From NCBI GenBank assembly GCA_002104945.1, contig MCFH01000020.1, positions 310,001 to 374,000 on the forward strand: 64,000 nucleotides of DNA, given 5' to 3'. This document shows, piece after piece, positions 48,297 to 61,932 of the stretch. The notes under the pieces are model-generated. The model did no database searches. It saw only the letters and a program-made list of their open reading frames with translations, and was not told the origin of the DNA. The DNA comes from Piromyces finnis finn. Lineage: Eukaryota > Fungi > Neocallimastigomycota. Position 1 is the stretch's first letter. Each line of letters begins with the position of its first letter. The position numbers and the translations under genes were made by a program.

Positions 48297-49003
48297 TTTT
48301 ATATATATAAAAATAATTTTAATGTATAAATAAAAAGTAATATTTTAGCAATGCCAGCAATAATATGATAAAAGCAAAATCTACTTTATCTTTAATATAT
48401 AAACAACAATATAAATAGAAAATGTAAAATAATAATAATAATAAATATAAAATAAAATAAAAAAATGTAGCATAAATTATGTGTTAAAATCATAATTTTA
48501 TTTAATAAATTATTAATAAAATTAATTATACACAAAAAAGTAAAAAAAAAATTTACTTTATTTTCTTTGGCTAATTATTAACATATTTTTAATTTATTTC
48601 TTAGTATTAATTTATATAAAGTAAATGAATGAGTGAATATAAATTAAATAAATAATAATAAATGTATGAATATATAGAAATTAAATAAATTTTATTGTCA
48701 TAAAAGTTATTTTTTCCTCTAGAATTCTTCAAAAGGTCAATTGTTTATATTGTTTATTAACGATAATTTTATAATATATTATTATTTATTATATCAAGAT
48801 TATTAATTTAAAGGATTAATTTCTAATTAAAAGAAAATTGATACATTCTTTATTCTTTTACTTTTCCTTTTTTATTGTGGCGTATTTAATTAGATTGAAT
48901 TGGCTACAAATTATAAAAAATTTTTAATTAAGTGATATAAAATTCAAAGAGTAAAAAAAACAAATTTTTTTATTTTTTTTTAAATATCTTTACAAACAAT
49001 ACA

Positions 49004-51723
49004 ATGAAATTAGAAGTTCAAAGAACCGAAAATAATACTTATATTCCACCAAGAGCTATCACTATTGCTGGCTCAGATAGTAGTGGTGGTGCTGGTATTC
49101 AAGCTGATTTAAAAACTTTTACTGCTTTACAAGTTTATGGTTCTTCTGCTATTACCGCTTTAACTGCTCAAAATACTACCAAGGTTTCAGGAATTCATGC
49201 TGTTCCAAGTGAATTTGTTGAAGAACAATTAGTCGATATTTTGGAAGATATTGGTACTGATTCTGTTAAAACTGGTAAATATTTATTTTTTTTTCTTTTT
49301 TCTTTTTCTTTTTTAGTTTTAATTGAAATTTATTTACACATTGTCGTGTGAGTGTGAGTAACATTGCTATTTTCAATTTATTATCCACTTCATTATAATA
49401 TACATTTATTTATTTTTTGATTATTTTACTTTTTGATTATTATTTTTATTATTGCATCCTTGTTTTAGTTTATTATCTATTGATTATACGACAAAACAAG
49501 CTTGTTTAAAATAGTTGAAATTTACATATTTAACTTTAAACAAAAATATATATATTCTTTGAATTTAAGTTTAAATTGAAGCTTAAATATTTTACAAAGT
49601 AATTTAGAAAGTTTATTTATTTTTTTTTCAAAAATTAATAAAGTATAAAAATATAAAATTTATTTTAAAATTATAAGTGATAATAATGATGATAATAATA
49701 TTTTTATAATAATAGGTATGCTTTTCAATTCTGATATTATTAAGACAGTTGTTAAAGTTTTAAAGAAATACAACATTACAAAGGTTGTTGTTGATCCAGT
49801 TATGATTGCTTCTTCTGGTGCTAAGCTTTTAGAAGATGACACTATTGAAATTGTTCGTAGTGAATTACTTCCTATTGCTTATGTCATCACTCCAAATATT
49901 CCTGAAGCTGAAGTTTTAACTGGTTTAACCATCAAGAGTATTGATGATATGAAAGCCGCTGCTAAAAAGTTATACGATATGGGTGTTAAATATCCATTAG
50001 TTAAGGGTGGACATATTGCTTTCAATGCTAATAATGAAGTTGCCAAGGATGGTGAAGAAGCCAGTTACATCACCGATATTTTATTTGATGGAGAAAAGTA
50101 TTATGAAGAAAAGATGGAATATGTTAAAACTCAAAATACTCATGGTACTGGATGTACTCTTTCTTCAGCCATTGCAGCTGGTATTGCTAAAAATGAATCA
50201 GGTAAAGTTCAAAATAAAGAAAGAAAAAAAAATTTTTTTTTTTAAAAAAAAAGAAAGTAATACTTTAAAATACAAAAATACAATGAAATTTTATTGAATA
50301 ATTATTCAATAAGTTCTATCCAATTTATTTTTTTTTTATTATTATTATTAAAATAAACAATTTTATGACTATATTTTTTTTTATTTAATATTATAATATT
50401 ACATTTATATTTTTTATATATATTTTTAATAAATATTTATTATTTATTTTGTAATAGTTTTAACTGCTTACAAAAATGCTAGAAAATACCTTCAAAATGC
50501 TATTAAATACAGTTTCAATCTTGGAAAGGGTCATGGTCCACTTAACCATTATCATGAATCTGTTCTTTTCCCAGAGTAAGTCTTTTTTTTTTTTATTGCT
50601 ATAAAAATTATATAAAAAATAAAGAAAATATAAATAAAACACAAAAAAAAAAAAGAAAAGAAAATTCTTTAAAATTAAAAAAAAAAAAAGGACATATGAT
50701 CAATTATTAATTATTTTTTATTTCTTATTTTTTATCTAGTAATCGTACATTTGTTGAAACTTTAAAGGATTATGCCAAGAAAGAATACAGTGATTACATT
50801 AATCATGAATTTGTTAAAAGAATTGCTGATGGTACTTTACCAGTTGAATCTTTTAAATATTTCTTATGTCAAGATTACATTTACTTAACCCATTATGCAC
50901 GTGTTCATTCTATTTGTGGTTTTAAGTTAAATAACTTGAGAGAAATTGCAAAGGAAGCTGATCTTATTAATATAGTTAAAGATGAAACTCAACTTCATAT
51001 TAAAGTAAAGAAAAAAATTTAAGAAAATTTAATTTATATAATAATATTTAATATTAATCAATAAGTAATGAAAAAAAAATTTTTTTTCCTAAATATTATA
51101 TATATATGTTTTATAACTTAATTTCTGAAATATAATAATGATTATAGTACTGTGAATCATGGGGTATTTCAATAGAAGAATTAGAAAGTACTAAAGAAGC
51201 TGCCAATAATATGGCCTACACTAGATTCTGTATTGAAAGAGGTCTCTCTGGTGACATCTTAGATCTTAAGGTTGCCTTATTTGCCTGTTTACTTGGTTAT
51301 TATGAAATTGGTGTTAATATTCTTAATGATCCAAACACAAAGAGAGGTACATATAGATATAAAATGAAAAAATACATTAATATCCCATTTAATATTAATC
51401 TATATTTAATTTAATAAAGAAAATAATCCATATTATAAGTGGGCTTTAAACTATGGTCTTCATTCTGAAAGTGTTAAAGCTGGTATTGGTAAGTATTTAA
51501 AAATAATAATAAATATATATTTATATAATCTATTATTATTATCATTAGAATCATTAACTATTAATTATTATTTTAATAATATAAAGATGAACTTGAAAAA
51601 TTAGCCAAGAAATATATAAAGCCAGGAGATAATAGACGTATTAAGGAATTATGTGAAATATTTAGACAAGCTTCAAGATTAGAAGCCAATTTCTTTGAAA
51701 TGGGTTTAAGAAGATTAGAATGA
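49004..51723 (+). CDS. THI20: THI20-like ThiD-TenA protein, tandem copy 2, about 514 aa, 7 exons
   Basis: Same exon structure, offset about 3.5 kb. The ThiD exons are identical to copy 1. The TenA part is diverged ([24 protein letters not shown], ends MGLRRLE*). Confidence 0.9.
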
Positions 51724-53177
51724 TTTTATATTATATTTGATATTTTGTAAAATAATAACATCTAAAAAAAAAAATTAATATTTAGTTTATTAAATGGGAT
51801 AATAGAAAATTATAATAATTATAATATAGATATACATAGTTAATAGATGTAATTAAATACAGAAAATAAAATAAATAAATAAAAACTAAATATATCTAAT
51901 GATGAATAGAAGTACATTAATTCTATTCATCATTAAGTTTCATTTTATATCATGTTATTTTCACCATTTTTTTAATGATCTATTGATAATTGTTAGTATT
52001 AACATTTATGTTTCTAGGATCAACATCTAAAAAAAAAAAAAAAAAAATTCAATATTAAACCATTATTCATGAAATATTTATATTTTATTTTTATTTTTTG
52101 TTTTTATTATCTAATAATTAAGTTACTTATTTAATTGAGTAAATTAAATGTAAAAAAATAACAATGAAATATATGTTATATCTGCATAAGTATTAGATAT
52201 AATAAATAAATGAAAATGAAAATATATAAGAGGTAAAAATTCAATATAAAAAAATATATATATATATATTTTTATAATATGAGGTCTATTTTTTGTAAAT
52301 CTATAATGTTTATTTTTAATTATTTTAATTTTAAAAAATTTATTATCCATCAAATCTATTGTATACATTATCCATATATTTTTAATATTTATATACAATA
52401 CACTTAAAAAAGAAAAAAAAAAAATATTTAAATAAAAAATTTATATTTATTTTCTTTAAACAACAAATTTAATTTAAAGATGATATTCATGTATTTAAAG
52501 TATAATAAATAAAGTAATATTATAATCATAAAAATAATTTTTATTTTAATATTATAATGTATATATTTAATAAAAAGTAAAACTACTTTTAAATAAATGA
52601 GTAGCAAAATAATAAATATAAATTAAATAATATTTCGAAAATTTCCTATTTATATTTAAATGCCTTAATTTTATAATTTTCTATACTAATGCCCTTTTAT
52701 CCCCTTTATATTCCTCTATATAATATTCATTACTTTAGACAAATATCTTTAGACTTTGTTAAATAGAAAAATATATATATCTACTTTTAATACAAAAAAG
52801 AAAAAATAGTCATTAAAAAAGAAAAAAAGAATAATAATAATAATAAATAAATTTAAACAAAAAATTAAAAAAAAAAATAAAAAAGAGTAAAAATTAACAA
52901 AATAACAAAATAAATATTAAATGATAATATATACCACTCCAATATAAATCTTTTGTTATTTTGGATAGAATATATTTCAATCAATAATAATAACCAGTAA
53001 TAAAAGAAAGAAAGAAAAAACACCAGATAAGAAATAAAATAAAATAAAAAAAAAACTTTTTTTTAATATTCAAATTGTAAATTTCTACAAATAGTTAATA
53101 TAAATATTAATTAAATAAAACTTTTAATAATATTCATTGATTGAAATAGAAATTTGTATTGTTTAATAACAATTTTA

Positions 53178-53208
<31 letters not shown>

Positions 53209-53391
53209 TTATTATTATCCTATATATATATTTTTTTTCTTATTAGAACTATTGTTAAATATATTTATATATATATATAACATTAATAATTCCAAAATTT
53301 CAAAAATTAAATTCAATCTTTATAATAAACTTAATTCATATATTATTTAAAAAAGAAAAACAATAAAATAAAAATATAATAATCACTAAAA

Positions 53392-54593
53392 ATGAACTAT
53401 TCACATCATCGTGACACACTTCCATCCTATATATCATCAGATTTAAGTCCTCATTCAAATCATAGACAATATAACAGATACAAATCACATTCATTATCAA
53501 AATATTTGCAATGGATACCTATATATTTCAGACGTATAATGAATTATCCTCAAATGGATTTTGAATTAGCCTTATGGCAAATGCTTTATTTATGCTTATC
53601 TCCAAAAAGAGTGTAAATATTCTTAAACTTATCTTTATTTTAAACTATCCTCGATAAATTAAATCATAATTTTTTATATAATGAATTTTAACAAGAAAAA
53701 AAAAACATACTTTTTATTTATACCATTTAATATGTTCACTAATTCAAAATATTTTACATTTATTCTTTATGTATATATATATTTAATATATATGTTTAAT
53801 AATTAAATAGTTATAGAAATATATATTATAATAAACGTAAGTATAAATATATATATTATAGAAATATCAATATTCATAATGATAATCTCATTTATTATAA
53901 TAAATAATTATTAATCAAATAGAAACTAAAAATCATTGGGCTAGAGATGATCCTGCATTTGTTGTTATTCTTGCCACTTGTATCTTTGGTACAGTTATAT
54001 TATTAATAGCATATTAATAGAGTAAATAAAAATATTATTGAATATAATAAAAAGTGATATACTAATTTTTTTATTTTTTCTTTTTTATTTCTATTTAGTA
54101 TCTGCATTTGCTTATGGTTTAGCTTATGAATTTGGATTCTTTGGTACAATTAAATTAATGTTCTTTATGGTTATTGTAGATTTCTTATTAGTCGGTTTTA
54201 TTGTTTCAACCATAACTTGGTATGTAGAAAAAAGCAATAAATAATGCAAGTCAAAAAAAAATATAAATTAATATTAATATTTAATAATTTAAATAGGCAT
54301 TTTGCAAACAAATTTTTAAAGCATTCACAAGTTCATGCTGTTGAACAAAATGTTGAATGGGCCTATGCTTTTGATGTTCATTGTAATTCCTTTTTCCCAC
54401 TTTATTTAATAACCTATGTATTACACTTTTTCCTTTTACCAATATTAAAAATGGATAATTGGTTTTCATTATTCATTGGTAATACCATGTATTTAGCGGC
54501 TTGGATTTATTATTTCTATATTACCTTCCTTGGTTTCCACGGTAAATATTCATTCTACACTTTTATATATGTTTGTGATAGTTAAAGTGTTTA

Positions 54594-54647
<54 letters not shown>

Positions 54648-54820
54648 CTAATCATATTTTATTTATATTTTACTATTTTATTTAAATAGCACTTCCATTC
54701 CTTAAAAATACAATATTATTCCTTTATCCTATAGTTTTAGTTTCAGTATTTTATATAATACTATTAATATGTGGATTTAATATTGGAAAACATAGTAGTA
54801 TTATGTTCCTTTATATATAA
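53392..54820 (+). CDS. UNC50: UNC-50/Gmh1 family Golgi membrane protein, about 6 exons
   Basis: Motifs QMDFELALWQMLYLCLSPKRVYRNIYYNKQTKNHWARDDPAF, VEWAYAFDVHCNSFFP and GFHALPFL. Confidence 0.94.
54594..54646. repeat. (TTA)n microsatellite in the last UNC50 intron
   Basis: Seen directly. Confidence 0.85.
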
Positions 54821-55528
54821 TTTTATTTTTTTTTTTGAAAAATTAGCAATAACATAAAATGGTAGAAACACCAATATAAATAGATTTTAATCATAGTATA
54901 TTTAGAAAGTCATAAAATAAAAAAAATTAGAAATTTATTAAAATGAAATAAATATATATTTATTGTTATAATAAATTCTTTTTACGTTTCTTAATACGTT
55001 TTTAAAAATATAATAAATGTATTGAACAGATTCTTTCTCCTTTCCTTTTTTTTTTTTTTTTTTCAGTTTTCGTTTTATAATTTACCTTTTTCTTTTTTTT
55101 TTTTTATCCTAGGTTTTAAATAAAGGATAGCAAGTTTAAGTTGTTAATTATAAAAAAAAATTACAATTAAAATCAAAATTTTAAAACTTTAAAGTATAAT
55201 AAAAATTTTCAATGAAAATAATTAAATCTACAATGGACTCTAATATATTTAAAATCATATATAATTAAATTAATTTTAATATATTCATTAAACCATAAAA
55301 AAATTTTAAAAAAAAAATAAAAAAAAAAATAGTTAAACTACTATTCTATTCACTTTAATTAATTAACATATTAGATTTTAAAAGATTTCTTAAAATACCC
55401 TTTTATTTTTTTTTTTTTTAATCATAGAATATATATATATAAGTAAATAAATTATAAATATTAAAAGAAAAAGAAAAGTTATACGTATATATATATATAT
55501 ATTATAAGATTTTAAAAAGTTATAAAAA

Positions 55529-58500
55529 ATGTCAATAGAAGCACAATTAGCAATTAGAAGAAATGCAGAAGAGCTTTCTGGTTATTTGAAAGATCTTAAT
55601 TCTTGGACCAATGAAATTAAGAAAAAAGATGTTTTAGCAAAAAAAACCAAAGTCAAAAAACATGTATGTAATAATTAAATGTTGATGTTATTATAAAATG
55701 ATACAATTATTATTTTTATTATCATTATTATATTTCATTATTGTTGCTTTTTTATATTTATTTTTATTAACATAACATTTTAAAATTAAAATTAAATTTC
55801 AAAATTTAATTCAAAAATTTCTTTTTTTTTTTTTTTTTTTTTTTTTTGAAATTTTTAATATATATTAATATAAATTCATTAAATATAATGGGGAAAAAAA
55901 TTGATAACAACAATAAGAATTATCCTCCAATCCGTTCAACCGGTACAATAGATTCTAATTCACCACCTTCTTCACGTCCATCTTCACCAATACCACAAGA
56001 AAATCCAACTCCTGAAATTAAAAATGAGGTAAAGAAAGAAAGAATTAAATCATATGACTATCGTTCTTGGGATAAATACAATGTTGTAAGTAGTTTACAT
56101 TCAAATAATTATTATTATAAGAATTAATTGAAATTAAAAAAGAGAAATTACATTTCAATTTTTTAAAAAATTAAAATAAAATTTTTCTTGATATCAATAA
56201 TTGAATAATAATGATGATGATGTTAATATAAACATATATTCAGGAGGAAGAATTAGAAAGAATTGAAAATGAAGATTATAAAGAACCAAAACCAATGGTT
56301 GAAGAAAAGGAAGAAGAAAATGATGTTAATCAAGAAGCCATAGAACTTTCTTTAATTGAAAAAGAAAAGGTATTATCATTTTTATTATTAAAAACAATTA
56401 TATACATACATAAATTAAAAGAATTTGTTTTATTTTTTTTTTTTTAATTTATCTTTTCTTTGTTTATTAACATGAATGTATATAAATAATATTCTATTTT
56501 TAGGGCAATATTATGTTTAAAAAAGGAAATTATAAGCGTGCCATTCAATATTATACTAAAAGTAAAGAATTAGATCCAAGTAATGCTGTATTCCCATTAA
56601 ATAGAGCTATGGCCTATTTAAAATTAAAAAAGTAAATAGATATTCTTTTTATTTTAATTTTTATTATATATTATATATTATATATTTTAAAAATAAAGTA
56701 TATTCATTTTATTATAAGCATTTGTAAATAGTTAAACTAAAAATGTTATTTTTTATTACAATTTACACTATAATGTATTCAATAATATTCTCTCTCTTTT
56801 TTTTTTTTTTTTACAACATAATAAATAGATATAGTGAAGCTGAAAATGATTGTACTGATTGCATAGCATTAGCTCCAAAGAATGTCAAAGCTTTATATAG
56901 ACGTGGTTTAGCCAGAGTTGGATTAAAGAAATATCATGAGGCCAAGAGTGGTAATTATTATTCATATATACTTATATATTTATATATTTATAATGAATAA
57001 AGAAAAAAAAATAAAATATATTTTTTAATCATTGATATTAAAATTATTTTTAAAATTTAGATTTTGAAGCAGCTGTTGTTTTAGAACCATCTAATAAACA
57101 AGCAAAAGATGAACTTAATAAGGTTTTAGCTATTCTTAAACCAAAGGTAGAATGAATTAAATATATAGGAATATATTATTTTTATTACTGTTATTATTGT
57201 TATCAGTTTTATTTATTTGTTTTTTTTTTTTTTTTTTTTTTTTTTTTATTTTATTTTTGTTGTTGTTGTTGTTGTTCTTGCGATTAATATATTAATATAT
57301 TATAACAAATTATATTATTATTATTATTATTATTATTATTGTTATTATTATTGTTATTATTCATGTAGCCAAAAGAAGAACCAAAACAAGAAAATAATAC
57401 ATCAAATCCAACAGTAGTTAAAAAACCTAATCAATTAAAGAAAAAAAAGAGTACAATCACAAAAGAACAAGAAGAAAAATTAAAAAATAAACCAGTAAGA
57501 AGAAGATTACAAATTATTGAAGTAGGTAGGAGCTCAGAAGAAATTCAAAAAGAAGAAGATGAAAAATTATATAAAAAGATAGAAGAAGACATTAATGAAA
57601 TCAATGAATTAATAAAAAGCAGTAATATGGCAGAAGAAAAGAATGAGACAATTTCTATTACTAAGAATAATAGTGAAGAAAGTATTACACCATTAGATAT
57701 GGTTCCAGTATCAACTACCAAAAAATCTAATAATACTAATAAAAAGCAACCTAGAAAAATGAAAATAGTTGAAAAAGAAGACATGGATGATGAAAAGGAG
57801 GTAAAGGAACAGCAATCATCAGATAATGATCAGAAAGAAATTAAGGAAATTATTGAAAAACCATCAACATCTGTAAATACACAATTAAAACCTGAATCTA
57901 AAAAAAGTAATGAATTATTAAATGGTAAATCAAAAGTTATATCTTCTTTTATTTTCAATAAAGAAAATGAAACTTTGCCAGAAAAGGAAGAAACCAAAGA
58001 ACTTAAAAATGAAGAGAATCAACCAAAATTAACTAAAAAACGTTCTGTTGTTATTGAAGAAGTTGACGAAATTATTAATGAATATGAAGCTTTAAAACCA
58101 ATAAATGAAATTACAATTGAAGAAATTAAGAATGAAGAAGAAAAGCCTTCTTCAAAAATAGAAATTATTGAAAAAGAAAAGGAAGAGGGTCCAAAAATAC
58201 AAATTATTGAAGAAATAAATGATGCCACCGACACTTCTTCAAAAATACAAATAATAGAAAATAAAGAAACCGAAGAAAGTAAAATAAATGAAGTAATTGA
58301 AACACCAAAAGAAATCATTAAAGAAGAACCTTTACCAAAAAAGATTAGACCAAAAATAAAGGTTGCAACAACAATGTATGATTTCGAAAGAGATTGGAAG
58401 AGTATGAAAAATGATGATCAAAAAACATTTGAATATTTAAGTGTATGTAATTTTTTAACTTTTTGAATATAATAATAATTATTTTTATTCCTTTATTTAT

Positions 58501-59132
58501 TCATAATGAACTAATAATATAAATTATTTTAAAATTAAAAAAAAAAAGTCAATTATACCTGAAAATCTTCCAAGTCTTTTCAAAAATTCATTAGAATCAG
58601 ATTATTTAACGCGTATGTTGGTCATTATTAAGAAATTCTATATAGAGTAAGATTTAAAAAAAAAAAAATTTTTTTTTTTTTATTTATTTATATCATATAA
58701 CAAATAAAAAAAAAAAAAGGTATTAATTTAATAAAAATTATTTTTTTTTTTTTTTATATTTTTAATAGAGAAAATATGTTTGATGAAATATATGATACCT
58801 TAAATTCAATTCAAAAAGTTAATCGTTTTGACATGACATTAATGTTTATGACAAGAAAAGATAAACAAAGTAAATATACAAAAATAATAATAATAATAAT
58901 AAATTATTAATTAGATCATCATAATTTTTATTTTTTTTTTTTTTTTATTATCTCTATTATCATCTACTCTATCATAATACTAATAAACTTTTTTTTTTCT
59001 TTTGTATAAATGTAATAATATTAAAAAGTATTACAAGATATATTTGATGCTATGAAATCCAATCAATCCAATCAAGCCTATTCTATGACAGATTTAGAAA
59101 TTTTAGCCAAAAAATATAAAATGAATCTTTAA
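55529..59132 (+). CDS. RPAP3: RPAP3/Spaghetti-like R2TP co-chaperone (N-terminal RPAP3 motifs, one TPR domain, acidic linker, RPAP3 C-terminal domain), multi-exon
   Basis: N-terminal RRNAEELSGYLKDLNSWTNEIKKKD and RIKSYDYRSWDKY. TPR: EKEKGNIMFKKGNYKRAIQYY...NRAMAYLKLKRYSEAENDCT...KALYRRG. C-terminal: TTMYDFERDWK...YLSVIPENLPSLFKNSLESD...NRFDMTLMF. Confidence 0.88.
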
Positions 59133-59683
59133 AAAGTATATAATATACTATTTTTTAACATAGTATTATTTATTTTTCCTCCTTTATGTAATCAATAATA
59201 TATCTTTTTTTTTATCTTTTTTAAAAAAATTCTAAATGTACTTTTCATAAAAAAGAAAAAGGAAAAAATCTATTACTCATAATATTAAAAAAAAAAATAA
59301 AACTTTTTTTTATTAATAGTTTTATACAATTTATTAAATATGGAATTGTAGAAATATTTAATGTTTTTAAATATAAATAAATTTTATAATTGTTTTATAT
59401 AATATTATCATATCAGCATTACAATTATTTATTGTGGTATGATTACCCTTTTTTTTTTTTTTTTATTAACCTATGATACAAATATTATTTTGCTTTATTT
59501 TTGATGTTAACATTAATTTTTTGTATTTTGCTATTATTATTTTAATAGTAATTTTTTTTTTTTATATATATTTTATTTATGATATCTATTAACTAATTAC
59601 TAATAGATATTAAGCTTTCTAAATTTATATATATATATTTCCTTTTTCTAAAAGAAAAAGAAAAATGAGATGTAAAATGTTAT

Positions 59684-61740
59684 TTATTGATTATTTATTA
59701 TTGGCTTAGCATATTCAACAAAATTATCTATAAGAACTGGCCAGGCACCTGAAATTATATTATTTAAATAATTTATATCATGAATTATTAGTTACATATA
59801 ACACCATATTCAAATAAGAAAAATAAAAACTATTCTTGCTTAAATAATGAAAATATTTAAATCTATTATATTACCATCAGCATCATAATTAGTCATTTTT
59901 TCATCAACAGTATTAATAAATTCAAGTAACTATTGTTAATGTATATAATTAATAAAATACTGTTAAATAATACTTTAAAGAAGAAGAAAAGAAAAAAAAA
60001 AATAATAATTAGTATATATATATATATATATATAGCAAATACTTACTAAATTCCAGGTATCACGGCTTATAGCTCTCTTATATTCATTCTTTTAATTTGT
60101 TTCATAAAAAATACACGCATTTTATTAATATAAAATATTAATGTAAATAATGTATAATGAATATATAATATATTAGATAATTACTTGAAGATAATCACAC
60201 CATAATTCTAAGTGCTTGAATTTGTTTGGTAATAATAACTATAAGATACATATATATATATATATACAAATATATAGAGATTGATATTTTATATATAAAT
60301 AAATGTTTTAAGCTTATTTATTTATTTATTTATTTATTTTTTATAATTATATATATTTTAAACAAACCTGCCATAAACCAATAGCAATTGCTAATTCTAT
60401 ATTATCGAAAAATAAATAATAAAAGATTTAAATGGATATAATTACTATAAACTAAATTTTTTATTTATCAATTATTACATTTTAAAAGTATTATTATTAC
60501 CTAAACTTCTTTGGTTTTCTTGTCTACCGAAGAAGAAAGCAAAACGATATATCTTTTTAAATGTTTCTGGGTCATCTAATTCTTCTCTCAAAGAAGGGAC
60601 TTTTTCTTTCATTGATTCTATTGAGTCACAACTTTATATTTAAAACATAAAAAGTTGTTTTTTTGTTTTTTTTTTTTTTTTTTTTTGTTTTTTTTTTTTT
60701 TTTTGAAATATTAATTGATATTTATAAGTTATATTTTGTATTAAAATTGGAATCCATGATGATATTGATTGTTTTTATATATTATTTTATGTTTCAAAAA
60801 AAAAAAAAAAAAAAATATTTTTTTATAATTAATAAATTACATTGAAATTATTATCATTGAAATTAAAAACATTATAAATAATATTATATACATATAAAAA
60901 CCAGATTTAAAATTTATATATTAATATCATTATATTGAAATATTATTTACCCTAATGAAGCCCATCCCTTCATCCAATTATCCTTGGTGAATTCACACAT
61001 ATTTTCAGCTTCTAAATGGTAGGCAATAATCAACATTACTACATCAGCTGGATCAACTTCCAAATCATTACAATATTCTTCAGTACCTTCGACTAAAATA
61101 GCATCTTCAGATGGGTCTTTTATATGAATTTATAATTATTAAAATTGGTTAAATTATTTGATAATAAATTAAATACATGTAACTCATATAATTATTTATT
61201 TTGAAACTAAATTGTTCTTATATTTTATCAACCTTTGTATTTTAAGAATAATTTTTCGAGCTTCTTCTTATCAATTTTTACAACTTCAAGACCTGTAGGA
61301 TTTTTTGAATAGAAATTATTGATAGCATCTTTATTGTTTTTATTATATAATTATTTGATATTATTGTTTTTCATTAACAGTTTGAATTAAAATATTGTAT
61401 TGATAATATATGATAATATATAATAAATGTATTATTAAATAAAGATATTAATGACTTTAGATATTAAATTCTTTCTATTAATTGATAAATAAATATATTG
61501 TTTGTTTGTTTTTATTTTGTTTTATTTTAAATATTTACTATTAATATTCCATTTGCTAGCTTCTAAATATTGTTTTGCAACAGCTTGACTATAATATTAA
61601 AGAAATTAAATATCATAATGAAAAAAATAATTCAATAAAATAAGTATGAAATACAATAGATAATGTACTTTGTTTTTATAAAATTAATTTCATTACCTAG
61701 TGTTAGTAATATTAATGAAACTTTTAAGTGCGGAATCCAT
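59684..61740 (-). CDS. DCN1: DCN1-like cullin neddylation E3 (UBA-like plus PONY domain), about 9-10 exons
   Basis: Spliced segments MDSALKSFINITNTSQAVAKQYLEASKWNI, EGTEEYCNDLEVDPADVVMLIIAYHLEAENMCEFTK, IYRFAFFFGRQENQRSL, AIGLWQLLL, RAISRDTWNLLLEF and NYDADGAWPVLIDNFVEY. Confidence 0.92.
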
Positions 61741-61864
61741 TTGTATATTTGTATATTTTTAATTTTGTTTATATTATCTTTTGATAATTGCAATAATCAT
61801 ATATTCAAAATATTATAAAAATAATAAAAATATTAATAGTCGTTTTATCAAACACTTTCAATTG

Positions 61865-61930
<66 letters not shown>
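61865..61930. repeat. Poly(A)/poly(T) tract of about 66 nt just upstream of the DCN1 start
   Basis: Seen directly. Confidence 0.9.
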
Positions 61931-61932
<2 letters not shown>

